From Limisphaerales bacterium (GTDB taxonomy: Bacteria; Verrucomicrobiota; Verrucomicrobiia; Limisphaerales; SIBE01): 64,000 bases of DNA. Below the pieces are notes generated by a model. It did not search any database. It was not told the DNA's origin and saw only the letters and a program-made list of their open reading frames with translations. Shown one piece after another: positions 18,671 to 27,914 of the stretch. The position numbers and the translations under genes are program-made. The stretch's first letter is position 1. Each line of letters opens with the position of its first letter. The stretch is from positions 81,689 to 145,688 of the forward strand of contig JBGAIN010000004.1 in assembly GCA_044225505.1 (NCBI GenBank), in the 5' to 3' direction.

Positions 18671-20719
18671 ATGCCAAAGACCCGATCCTTCTCTCCGTTG
18701 TGGGCAGTCGCCTCCATCGCTCTTTTGTCTTTCAACGCGAGGGCGCAGTATGTCGAGCTCACCGTGCAAGCTGAAACGTACGATTGGGAAGCCAATGAGC
18801 CGGCTTCCACATGGACCGCCCGATGCCTGGTGGATCCTCACAGCTGGCTGATCGAAGGAAAATTCTCGCGCAACGCTCGGAACACTTGGTGGTTTTCCGG
18901 CTCGAGCTTTGTCGGGCGGACTGTGATCACCGATCTTATTTCCGACAACGAATTGAAACGTTTCGCCCGCGTTGGGTTCCCTGTCCTCTCACCGCCACCG
19001 ATTGGTCAACAGTTTACGAGGACGGAAGAATCGTCCGATGGCAACCCTGGCAAACCAGTCCGAGAGGCAGACTTAATGACTCGCGACGCTCGGATCTGCT
19101 GGTTGGCGTTCTGCACAACGCCAGCCTTGCTGAACACGAACCGTCACCTCTTCCCTCCCAACGATCTCTGGAAACAGATGGTCTCGGCTCCGGCCGGATT
19201 CGTGGAACGTAAGGAGCGATTCGACGACAGTCTCGGCTTGCTCAAAAGCCTCGACCTTTACCTGACCAATCAGATCCAACCGATCCTTCGCTATCGCGTC
19301 ACCGGAACCACCAACGTGCTCGGCTGGACAGTTCCCATGGAATTCTACCTCGCTCAGTATCGCCCGGTGTTATTGGCGGGCTCCAACCGATTCAACTCCA
19401 AGGGATGGGAGCTCGACTTCTCCGCCAAAGCCAAGCTGACATCCATCCGCATCGGCCCCGAACAGAATCTGGCCAGCGCAGCCGCCGACGTCTCCGTGGC
19501 CAGCGTCCTCGAGGACTGGGAGAAGCTTGGCACGGTTTTCGACCATCCCGATCGTTACGGAGAACAAATTCGGCAGTTAGTGCAGATCGGTTCACCCGCA
19601 GTCCCAGCGTTGATCGACGCACTTGATCGCTCCTCCAAGGACGTCGTTTTGCGCCTGCTGGCGTTCACCTTGAGAGCGATTGGAGATCCACGCGCTGTGC
19701 CAGCGCTGATTCGAGCCTTTCCCAGAACGCTCCTGCCTCCGGGAAGCGACTGTGCCCTGTCGGTCACCGATCCTGCGCTTCTGACATTCTTGCAGTCCCA
19801 CGACCTGGACGAGGCGAAGGATCCCAATGGCTTCGATCGTGGGCATTTCAGCATGGGCCGACCGGTCCGCGAAGTGGCCGCCGCACTGCGCAAGATGACC
19901 CAGACACACCAAACCGAGTCGGAAGTGTTCCTGACCTTTTTCGAAGGAGGTCTGCAACAACGCGCCTCGCAACGAAAGGCCTATGACGCGGTCGCCCGCC
20001 GCTGGGCGGACTGGTGGCAGACCCATGCGCGCGAACGGTTGAATGATCCAGCGTTCGCGGAGGTCAACCTACCCGCGCCAATGGAAGAACCGGTGTGGAC
20101 TCGGTTCACAACCGGGCCAAAAATCAAAGTGACCGGTGGCATGTCGGGCGTGGTGGTCCATCCGCTGCAAGACGGCGGCCACGGTTGCGCCTTGGCCTTG
20201 AGCTTGAATCGGAAGATCAGCTTGCCGCCGTTATCCACAGGCACCAACCAGGCTCTCCCAGAGGTCGAGGCCATCGCGGCGTGGGCCGCGCGCGCGGGAG
20301 CGGATCTGCTCGGGTGTCTCTACCAGGACAAGGCGTCGGGAAGAACTATCTACGCCGCACGCACGCTTGGGTTGCAGGCCTGGGAAGTGCCAAACGATCA
20401 TTGGGACCGCATCGAACAGGAAGTAAGCCGCGACACCTTGCCCACGCTTGATGCTCCCGCTGCCGAATGGCTCTTGCACTACGATCCAGATCGGCGCCAT
20501 TACGATCCCGAGGCGAAAGCCACTTTTCTTTTCATTACCCGAGACGGGACGCAAGGCATTGTTCGCATCACACCGCGCGTCGCGACTGGTCCCGCCCCAG
20601 ACGAACGGCCGGCAGCGGCTCCCGAGAATTCTCAATCCCAGCAGGCTCGCACGGAATCGGGCGTGGAGTTGGACTATCGCCTTTTCTATTCCGAATCGGA
20701 GAACGAAGCGGCGCGGTAA
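18671..20719 (+). CDS. Secreted hypothetical protein with a HEAT/PBS-lyase-like repeat
   Basis: Signal peptide (…NARA), and IGSPAVPALIDAL...LRAIGDPRAVPALIRA. Confidence 0.75.
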   Translation: MPKTRSFSPLWAVASIALLSFNARAQYVELTVQAETYDWEANEPASTWTARCLVDPHSWLIEGKFSRNARNTWWFSGSSFVGRTVITDLISDNELKRFARVGFPVLSPPPIGQQFTRTEESSDGNPGKPVREADLMTRDARICWLAFCTTPALLNTNRHLFPPNDLWKQMVSAPAGFVERKERFDDSLGLLKSLDLYLTNQIQPILRYRVTGTTNVLGWTVPMEFYLAQYRPVLLAGSNRFNSKGWELDFSAKAKLTSIRIGPEQNLASAAADVSVASVLEDWEKLGTVFDHPDRYGEQIRQLVQIGSPAVPALIDALDRSSKDVVLRLLAFTLRAIGDPRAVPALIRAFPRTLLPPGSDCALSVTDPALLTFLQSHDLDEAKDPNGFDRGHFSMGRPVREVAAALRKMTQTHQTESEVFLTFFEGGLQQRASQRKAYDAVARRWADWWQTHARERLNDPAFAEVNLPAPMEEPVWTRFTTGPKIKVTGGMSGVVVHPLQDGGHGCALALSLNRKISLPPLSTGTNQALPEVEAIAAWAARAGADLLGCLYQDKASGRTIYAARTLGLQAWEVPNDHWDRIEQEVSRDTLPTLDAPAAEWLLHYDPDRRHYDPEAKATFLFITRDGTQGIVRITPRVATGPAPDERPAAAPENSQSQQARTESGVELDYRLFYSESENEAAR

Positions 20720-20826
20720 GGGATTCGAGAGTCGAAGTGCGCTGCGGGCGGTCGGTGTCGGGTTCGCTCAGAAATACCTTGAACCTACCGAATCGCGCTC
20801 CACACTGCGACGACTGGCGCGACGTT

Positions 20827-21297
20827 ATGTTCCATCGATCCATCCGTTGTTTGCTCTTCTCGATCCTCCTGTTGTATGGCGGCGCTGGCTGCCAACGCCC
20901 CCAGCCAGGAGCAGCGTCACTCGATGAATTAGCTCAGACTGTGCGTTCGACACTCGAGCACAACGATATTGATGGCCTTTTCCGATACTGCTTTACGGGC
21001 AACGCGCCTGCCGAGTTGATAGAATCGTACCGAGAAGGCGTTCGCCCCCTGTGGAGTGAAGGAGCGGTGATTACCAGCGTCGCAATTCGACGGTTTGCGG
21101 ACTATCATCCCGAGGTCAAAATGCCGGGTCAATACCAAGGCCGACAGCTCCAGTGGGCCGCAGAACCGAGCCATTGGATCATCGCTAAAGCCAAGTTTCC
21201 TCCGAAGAACGGTGCCACAAGCGAAGGTGAAGCAGTTTTGCCTGCCTTCGAAAAAAACAACCAATGGTATATCGTCGGGAACAAGTATGCGGACTAG
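20827..21297 (+). CDS. Putative lipoprotein
   Basis: MFHRSIRCLLFSILLLYGGAGC, a lipobox-like leader, within ORF 20467..21297. Confidence 0.6.
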   Translation: MFHRSIRCLLFSILLLYGGAGCQRPQPGAASLDELAQTVRSTLEHNDIDGLFRYCFTGNAPAELIESYREGVRPLWSEGAVITSVAIRRFADYHPEVKMPGQYQGRQLQWAAEPSHWIIAKAKFPPKNGATSEGEAVLPAFEKNNQWYIVGNKYAD

Positions 21298-21373
21298 GCC
21301 GGTTTCATCGTTGTCGCGACGTTCTTAAAACCAATGGTGATGACACGTCGCAGCAGTCGCTGACGATGAGGCC

Positions 21374-21480
21374 GAAGAGAGAGAGAGAGAGAGGATTACG
21401 GTTAAGAGTAGGATTGGGATAACGAGTAAGAGTACGGGTAGGATCGAGAATAAAGCTAAGGTCGCGACGAGGAGGAGGAA
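21374..21480 (+). repeat. (AG)9 microsatellite plus degenerate period-6 purine-rich tract
   Basis: 21376-21393 is (AG)9, then GATTAC GGTTAA GAGTAG GATTGG GATAAC GAGTAA GAGTAC GGGTAG... Confidence 0.75.
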
Positions 21481-21556
21481 GTGACCGAGGATCCCCAGGC
21501 CGGAGTTGCGTCAGGCGAGCGAACTGTTACGGTGAGGAGAATCCAGTTCAGTCACT

Positions 21557-24500
21557 ATGCGCGCTTCCACACCATCGGCTTACCAGTTACCCCATTCGCT
21601 ACAGACGGTTCGCACGCGTTATTTCCTGATCGTTCGTCGTCCGTGGTCGCTGCGCCTGCCGCTGGTCGCAACGCTGAGCGCGAGTCTCTTTCTCACGCTC
21701 AGACTCATGCCGCTCGCCGCGCAATGGACTCCCGAGTGGGTTAGGAGCAGCAGCGCGCGGGACGTTGGGATCCCGTCCTTGCTCGCGCGTGACGGCCGCG
21801 GAAACATCACCATCGCAGGCACCGACCCGGCGGCGCTCCTTCTCAGCCAATACACCACAGCGGGAAGTTTGCGTTGGCAACGCGATTATCCGGCTGAGTT
21901 CATACAGCCGGTGATTCGGATGGCCACAAGCGCGGCTGGCGAAGTCTGGGCCACCCTCGTTTCGGCGCCACCGGGCGCTACCGCGTTCACCGGTACGACG
22001 ATTCGTCTGGATGCGGAAGGGCAGTTGACCTGGACTCGAACGGTGGACGGTTACAGCTGGGCCAGTTCCGTTCTAGCGTTGGATGAAGCGGGCCACGCGT
22101 TCGTGACTGGGGTCGTCCGTACGAATGGCCCTTCCCAGCCGCAAGAGTCCCTTCACATTGTAAAGTATGCGCCGGACGGTGCGGTGCTTTGGACTCGTAC
22201 CTATTCCCCTAGCGCCCCTCACTTTTTGGGATTGGCCGGCAGTGCCGCGGACCCGTTTGGCAACCTTCTGGTGACGGGAACAGCGACGGCTCCTGGAGGG
22301 ACCGCTGAATTTCTCACTGTTAAGTTCGATCCTGACGGCGCCTTGCTCTGGGCGGCGCAGGAGAACTTCGGAGCCGCCATAGCCTTGGCTACTGCGCTGG
22401 CGGTGGATTCGGACGGCGCGACCGCTGTGACGGGTATGTCGATCGACAGGATCCAGGGGATGTGCACGGTGCTGTATGCGCCAACTGGCGAAAGGCTTTG
22501 GACGGTATCGCGACCGCCCGTGGTGTTTAGCAGCGCCATAGGAGCGGACGTTAAATTCAACGGGGCGCATCAGGTCGTCGTCACTGGCTCTGAGTCCCGG
22601 CAGTTCGATGAAGAGCAGGATGTCGATTGTGTCACGGTTAAGTATGACCTTTCCGGCGCCGAGCTCTGGTCGGCCCGGTCGGCGAGCCGGCACCGGATTC
22701 CCAAGTCCGTGGCAATCGACGGATCCGGAGCAATCGGCATCCTCGGCACGGAGCAAGTTCCGGATCTGCAAATGTATCTACTCCATTACAGTGCGGACGG
22801 AGACTTGGCTTCCGACTGGTTCACCCCGCGGAGTCGTCCTGGGGGCGTCGCTTTCGACTCTTCCAATCACATCTTCGTCGCCAGCACGGCGGTGAACCTG
22901 GAATTGCAGAGACACGCGTGGGAACTAGCGGCGGACCGCCCTGTCGCCGCGGTTTCACCGCGCCGCGGCGAGGTGTTGGCGGGCGCGAAGTTCACGTTTG
23001 CAGTCGAGGCGAAAGGCGCTGGGCCATTTCGCTATCAATGGTTCCGATGGGGTTCGCTGCTGCATGGCGCCACGAACGCCACGCTGACGCTCACCCAAGT
23101 GCAAATCCACGATGCCGGCGCTTATACCGTGCGCATCGCGAGTCCGTCCGGCGAATCCCTCAGCCCCGAAAGTTTTTTGACCGTGAATTCTCCCGCTGGC
23201 ATTGGTGTCCCACCCTTCCCGGTTCGTGTTATCGCTGGCCGTCCCGCAACCCTCGTAGTCCAGCCCACCGGCGACGCTCCGTTATCTCTGCAATGGCAGC
23301 GCGACGGCATGGCTTTGCCCGGCGAGACTAACGGCGTTCTTCGCTGGACGTCGGTGTCAGAAACGGATGCGGGACAGTATTCCGTGAGTGTCAGCAACGC
23401 TTTCGGCGCGGCGGTGAGTGTCGCCGTTCCGATGACCGTCGTGCCGCGAAGCTACGCGGATGAATGGGTGTGGAGGCATCCTTTGCCTCAAGGCAATGAT
23501 TTGCTCTGCGCCACCTACGGCGACGGCCATTACGTTCTGGGCGGGAAAGACGGCACCTTGCTCTTCTCCGAGGACGGCGTCCACTGGACGCACCAGTCTC
23601 GGGAAGCGTTAGGCGAGGTGCAAGCGCTGGGATTCGCCAAAGGCCGATTTGTCGCGTGCAGTGCGCACCAGGGCATATTCTCGTCCGAAGACGGCCTGGA
23701 CTGGAGCCAGCGCTCCTCCAATATTGGCGGGCAATTCAGCAGCCTGCTCGCCGCGCCGGATCTTTGGTTAGCCGTCCAACGAGCCACCCTTTTGCGTTCG
23801 ACCAACGGCATGGATTGGACGGCGAATCCTCCTTTAACCGCCGGGAGTGCGATTGTTGACATCGCCTTTGGCGGCGATCGTTTTGTGGCGGTTAATGGTG
23901 AGATCAGCTTGGTCTCAACCAATGGCGATTTCTGGGTCGGACAAAACTATGCCTTCTCTGGCGCGTTCTTCCGGCGCGTGCTCTATGGCCGCGACCGATT
24001 CCTGGTCTTCCGAAACTCCTTGCCGTCGACGAACGTTCCGCCTTGTGCGGTTTCGCCGGACGGACGCGACTGGAAGCCAGGGACTCTTCCCGGGAACCTG
24101 GTGCTCCATGATGTTGCGGTGGGACCCTCGCTCTTCGTCGGTCTGGCGACCGATGCCGGGGGCACCAGCTATCTCTGCACTTCTGACGATGGTTTGACGT
24201 GGAGCCCCCAATCTTTCACGTTCCGGAATGAACCGATCCGCGTCGTTTATCTGAATGACCGCTTCTTTATTCTCGGCGATGATGGCGGCCTTTGGTCTTC
24301 GCGCAACGGAACGGTTTGGGACTCACTGGGCGGGGCTTCCGATCTCAACCTTCGGGCGGTCGCATTTGGGCCGGACCTGTCGGTTGCTGTCGGCAACGAC
24401 GGCACTGTGATGACGGCTGGACCAGACAAACTCTGGCAGGAGAGGCCCGCTATTTCCCGGTCAAACCTGCGAGGGGTGGCGTATGGGAACCAGCGCTTCG

Positions 24501-25342
24501 TAGCGGTCGGCGGCAACGGGAATGTGTTCCATTCGACGGATAGCCAATTCTGGACACCCGCGACGGTTAGCACCAACGCTCTCCATAGCGTTCATTTCGG
24601 CAATGGCCGTTTCCTAGCCGTAGGCGATCACGGCACCATTTTGCGGTCCGCGGATGGCGTAGGGTGGGACCACGCCGTCTCTTCGGTCGATGGACCGCTC
24701 CAGTGCATTACGTCGGGCGGCGGTTGGTTTGTGGTTGCGGGTACAAACGGGTTCGCCGCACGGTCCACCGATGGGCTCCGCTGGGAATCGACCCCGATCC
24801 GCATCGCGGATATCGTCGTCGGCCTGGCTTATGGCAACGGCCGTTTTATGGCCGTCATGGCAGGCGGTCAGGTAGCGACCTCGACAGATGCGGCGCAATG
24901 GACGATGCAAACGCCGTTTGGCGCCTCACTGCAAAGCGTAGCGTTTGGCGCGGGCGAATTCGTCGTGGTGGGCAATCTCGGCGTCGTCGCCACCTCCATC
25001 GACGGTGCGCAATGGCTCAGCCACGAGTCCACCTGCGTTAATGTGCTGAGACAAGTGGCTTACTCCTCTCTCGACGGCACTTTCACAGCCGTGGGCAATA
25101 ATGAAACGATTCTCCAATCTGAGGCCGCTGCGCCGCGCTTGCGGATGGCCAGCGGCAGATCTCTTTACACTCTCACCTTCTGGCCACTCGAGGGCACCCT
25201 GCACTGGCTGCAAACCTCGAGCGACTTACGTACTTGGAACGATCTGTTGAGTTTCACTGGTGGACCTCAGGAAATCTCCGTGCCAGCACCGCCGTTGCCA
25301 GCGGGTTCCACCCGGTTTTTCCGAATTCGAAGCGGCCCATGA
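21557..25342 (+). CDS. Large secreted protein: SBBP-like beta-propeller, two Ig-like domains, BNR/WD40-like propeller repeats, C-terminal RFFR module
   Basis: Repeats of (TV/VK)YxxDGxxLW, Ig motifs YQWFR..DAGAYTV and LQWQR..DAGQYSV, many VAYG/FVAVG..G.I..S.DG..W repeats, ending SSDLRTW...TRFFRIRSGP. Start uncertain. Confidence 0.85.
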   Translation: MRASTPSAYQLPHSLQTVRTRYFLIVRRPWSLRLPLVATLSASLFLTLRLMPLAAQWTPEWVRSSSARDVGIPSLLARDGRGNITIAGTDPAALLLSQYTTAGSLRWQRDYPAEFIQPVIRMATSAAGEVWATLVSAPPGATAFTGTTIRLDAEGQLTWTRTVDGYSWASSVLALDEAGHAFVTGVVRTNGPSQPQESLHIVKYAPDGAVLWTRTYSPSAPHFLGLAGSAADPFGNLLVTGTATAPGGTAEFLTVKFDPDGALLWAAQENFGAAIALATALAVDSDGATAVTGMSIDRIQGMCTVLYAPTGERLWTVSRPPVVFSSAIGADVKFNGAHQVVVTGSESRQFDEEQDVDCVTVKYDLSGAELWSARSASRHRIPKSVAIDGSGAIGILGTEQVPDLQMYLLHYSADGDLASDWFTPRSRPGGVAFDSSNHIFVASTAVNLELQRHAWELAADRPVAAVSPRRGEVLAGAKFTFAVEAKGAGPFRYQWFRWGSLLHGATNATLTLTQVQIHDAGAYTVRIASPSGESLSPESFLTVNSPAGIGVPPFPVRVIAGRPATLVVQPTGDAPLSLQWQRDGMALPGETNGVLRWTSVSETDAGQYSVSVSNAFGAAVSVAVPMTVVPRSYADEWVWRHPLPQGNDLLCATYGDGHYVLGGKDGTLLFSEDGVHWTHQSREALGEVQALGFAKGRFVACSAHQGIFSSEDGLDWSQRSSNIGGQFSSLLAAPDLWLAVQRATLLRSTNGMDWTANPPLTAGSAIVDIAFGGDRFVAVNGEISLVSTNGDFWVGQNYAFSGAFFRRVLYGRDRFLVFRNSLPSTNVPPCAVSPDGRDWKPGTLPGNLVLHDVAVGPSLFVGLATDAGGTSYLCTSDDGLTWSPQSFTFRNEPIRVVYLNDRFFILGDDGGLWSSRNGTVWDSLGGASDLNLRAVAFGPDLSVAVGNDGTVMTAGPDKLWQERPAISRSNLRGVAYGNQRFVAVGGNGNVFHSTDSQFWTPATVSTNALHSVHFGNGRFLAVGDHGTILRSADGVGWDHAVSSVDGPLQCITSGGGWFVVAGTNGFAARSTDGLRWESTPIRIADIVVGLAYGNGRFMAVMAGGQVATSTDAAQWTMQTPFGASLQSVAFGAGEFVVVGNLGVVATSIDGAQWLSHESTCVNVLRQVAYSSLDGTFTAVGNNETILQSEAAAPRLRMASGRSLYTLTFWPLEGTLHWLQTSSDLRTWNDLLSFTGGPQEISVPAPPLPAGSTRFFRIRSGP

Positions 25343-25500
25343 AGGACGATAGATGGAGAAGGCAGAGAGGACGAGGATAGGTCCGAGAATACGAGGAGGA
25401 GAACGATTACGATTAAGAGTGCGATTAGGAGGAGGAGAACGATTACGATTACGATTACGATTACGAGGAGGAGTAGGAGCATGATCAGGAGTAAGAGGGA
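25343..25500 (+). repeat. Degenerate hexamer tandem tract (ACGATT/AGGAGN)n
   Basis: Includes (ACGATT)4 at ~25439-25462 and a run of AGGAGG/AGGAGA/AAGAGT/ACGAGG units in the same phase. Confidence 0.8.
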
Positions 25501-25610
25501 CTGGAACCGCTGAACTTGGTCTTTGGTCTTTGGCGCGGTGGCGTTAGCCAGATTCCGATTGCCGGCGCGGAATCGCCAGGGCATCGTTTCCCAACCAGGA
25601 CCCCAATCCC

Positions 25611-26303
25611 ATGCCCGATGATAAACTCCAGATGCAACGGATGGTTTCGGCCATCCTGAAGGACGACGCCGCTAAGGCCGCCCAACTGCTCCGCGACAGT
25701 CCCGCCCTGGCCACGGATCACTTTCCTAAACCGCACCTTTACAACTTCGCCATCTTCCATTGGATTTACATTGGCGACACGGTCTTGCATCTGGCCGCGG
25801 CCGGTTATCGCGTTGCGATTGCCAAGTTGCTCTTGAAGGCCAAAGCGGATCCGAACGCGGCCGCGAACCACCGCCGCAGCACCCCGCTCCATTACGCCGC
25901 GGACGGCTTTATCACTGGCCCGGTCTGGAGGGAAAACGACCAAGTGCAGATGATCCGCTGTCTGCTCGAGCGCGGCGCGGATTTGCACCGGCAGGATAAA
26001 AATGGCGCCACCCCCTTGCATCGTGCGGTCCGGACGCGATCGGCGGCGGCAGTCAGACTTTTGCTGGACGCGGGCAGTGATCCAGCCTCGAAGAATCGAT
26101 CCGGTTCAACCCCGTTCCATTTGGCCGTGCAGAATACCGGACGCGGCGGCTCAGGTGCGCCGGCGGCCGTACAGGCGCAGAGAGAAATCATTCGCGAGTT
26201 CCTTTCGCGTGAAGTGCCCACGACGCTTCGCGATGGTCAGGGCAAATCCGTGGTGGAATGCATCCAAAGCGCCTGGATCCGAGAAGAGTTCTCATGGACG
26301 TAA
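25611..26303 (+). CDS. Ankyrin-repeat protein
   Basis: GDTVLHLAA, STPLHYAA, GATPLHRAV, GSTPFHLAV. Confidence 0.9.
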   Translation: MPDDKLQMQRMVSAILKDDAAKAAQLLRDSPALATDHFPKPHLYNFAIFHWIYIGDTVLHLAAAGYRVAIAKLLLKAKADPNAAANHRRSTPLHYAADGFITGPVWRENDQVQMIRCLLERGADLHRQDKNGATPLHRAVRTRSAAAVRLLLDAGSDPASKNRSGSTPFHLAVQNTGRGGSGAPAAVQAQREIIREFLSREVPTTLRDGQGKSVVECIQSAWIREEFSWT

Positions 26304-26776
26304 CTCAATCCGACCAACCAAGCGCGCGCAGCGGAGCCCAGGTGCCGACGACAACCTGGACCGGAGCGGCTGTTAAGAGTTTACATAAGCATTGGCTACC
26401 GATCGTGATCATCGGCACGGCGGTGCTTGTTTTGGCCGTCGTCTGGGTTCGAGGCGACCGTAACTCCGCAGCGATGAATACCGCCTCGGATCTGCTCATC
26501 GTCCAAGCGGCCATGAATCAAGAAGGGCTCTCCGGTTTTTTGCCCGGGAATTCGGCGCGCTTGAGCGAGCGGCTGCGCCAGAAGCACTTCACTTCGGTGA
26601 GTATCTTGCCGAGTATGGCGATTGGAGCCCATTCTATCGATGTCTTCGGTATTTCCGTGGGAACGTCCCTAGTGTTACTCAAGGAGACCGGCACCAATAC
26701 CTGGATTGTTTGGCGAGACGTCCGCATCGGCAGCATCAACCTAAAGTCGAAAGTGGGAAAATTGATTGGTCCTTGA
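26294..26776 (+). CDS. Hypothetical single-TM protein
   Basis: ORF overlaps the ankyrin stop and has a hydrophobic segment WLPIVIIGTAVLVLAVVWV. Confidence 0.5.
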   Translation: MDVTQSDQPSARSGAQVPTTTWTGAAVKSLHKHWLPIVIIGTAVLVLAVVWVRGDRNSAAMNTASDLLIVQAAMNQEGLSGFLPGNSARLSERLRQKHFTSVSILPSMAIGAHSIDVFGISVGTSLVLLKETGTNTWIVWRDVRIGSINLKSKVGKLIGP

Positions 26777-26957
26777 CCGATGTTGCCAGGCACGCAGATG
26801 CCTGCTTCACGTCTTCGCGCCGGGGCGGGACTGAAACCAGGCGAGGTTAAGGACCGCGGCTAGGGCGTCAGACCAGCCACAGACTCCCGATGAACCGCAA
26901 CGGTGTGGAATGCACCCGTCGCAGAACTTCAGTTCGTTGGACGAGTCAGTTACACCT

Positions 26958-27836
26958 TCACTTTGCGGCTGAGCCTACAGACGCAGACGCGCCACCCTTC
27001 CTCGTGGGCCTCGGTTGGATCGTCACGAATGCCCGCAAAGCCTCATCGTCGGGCTGAGTAATCGGAGCAAACAGATCGTACCAACGACTTTGCTCTGATT
27101 CCACCGCGCCGTAGTTGAGGTGGACTTGATATCGACCAGTCTCCTGACGGAAACCGTCGATGACCGTCGAGTGACCAAAATCCTTGATATTGCCGAAGTG
27201 GAAGTAGACCGGACGATTTGCGGCCAGTTCCTTCTCCAAGATCCGCACCACCCCTGCCTGGTCGACCAGGTTCGTGACGCGCTCAGCGCGGAGCTTGGTC
27301 GTAATCTCCTGTGGACTGAGCGGGAGTCGATCGCCTAGATGCACATAAATCTCCGCATTGACGTCAAAATGAGCCTCCAGGTCCTCCACGGAATTGAGCA
27401 AGCGTTTGTACCGTCCGGTTCCGAAATCCTTCTGCACAACAACCGCGGTGGCATAGGAATAACGCGCCAATTGTTCGACGGACCCCTTTGGTGTCTTGAC
27501 AGTGACGTCATCCACAAACTGGTCCCAGTCAAAGCGAAACGTATCCAAGTTCTCCTTGATCCGCTGGCCTCCCGAGGAATCATACTCGACCTGCCCGAAA
27601 GGCCGCAGACGATGGTAGTAAAGAATCTGGGCGTAGGCGGTCGACCAACACCCTACCCTTTCATGATCCGGTGTGAACTGAGCAAAGGGACCGTCTTGGT
27701 ACCAATGAGTCTTGAGGAGGTAAGGCGGGCTGTCGGAGGCGGCATCGGCCGGTCTGGTCAGAGTGGCAAAAGCCAGCGCGATGAATAGCCAGTGGAGAGG
27801 AGCAGACGAGATCCGTTGAGTTCGGTGGTGTGCCAT
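26958..27836 (-). CDS. Peptidase C10 (streptopain-like) cysteine protease, secreted
   Basis: Signal peptide, then LLKTHWYQDGPFAQFTP, GCWSTAYAQILYYH (catalytic Cys), GHSTVIDG (catalytic His), HLNYG. Confidence 0.8.
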   Translation of the reverse strand: MAHHRTQRISSAPLHWLFIALAFATLTRPADAASDSPPYLLKTHWYQDGPFAQFTPDHERVGCWSTAYAQILYYHRLRPFGQVEYDSSGGQRIKENLDTFRFDWDQFVDDVTVKTPKGSVEQLARYSYATAVVVQKDFGTGRYKRLLNSVEDLEAHFDVNAEIYVHLGDRLPLSPQEITTKLRAERVTNLVDQAGVVRILEKELAANRPVYFHFGNIKDFGHSTVIDGFRQETGRYQVHLNYGAVESEQSRWYDLFAPITQPDDEALRAFVTIQPRPTRKGGASASVGSAAK

Positions 27837-27914
27837 GACGTCGTTAAAGCTGGTGCTTCCGTCAAGACACACCACCCGGGCACAAAGTTGCGAGAAATCG
27901 TCTCTTGCTTGGGA

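Noticed and set aside
21374..25500. CRISPR array
   Set aside because: Repeats are hexameric and degenerate, with no constant 23-47 bp repeat plus unique spacers and no cas genes.
25267..25584. ORF with a long LLLLIMLLLLLVIVIVIV run that looks like a membrane protein
   Set aside because: It is the antisense translation of the hexamer tract and overlaps the end of a real gene. The same applies to 48558..48755.
26312..26378. attC-like remnants around small cassette-sized genes (also ~15600-15690, ~26840-26875, ~39781-39806)
   Set aside because: R and L boxes are too degenerate, stems do not pair convincingly, and no integron integrase is in the window. An IntegronFinder run would settle it.
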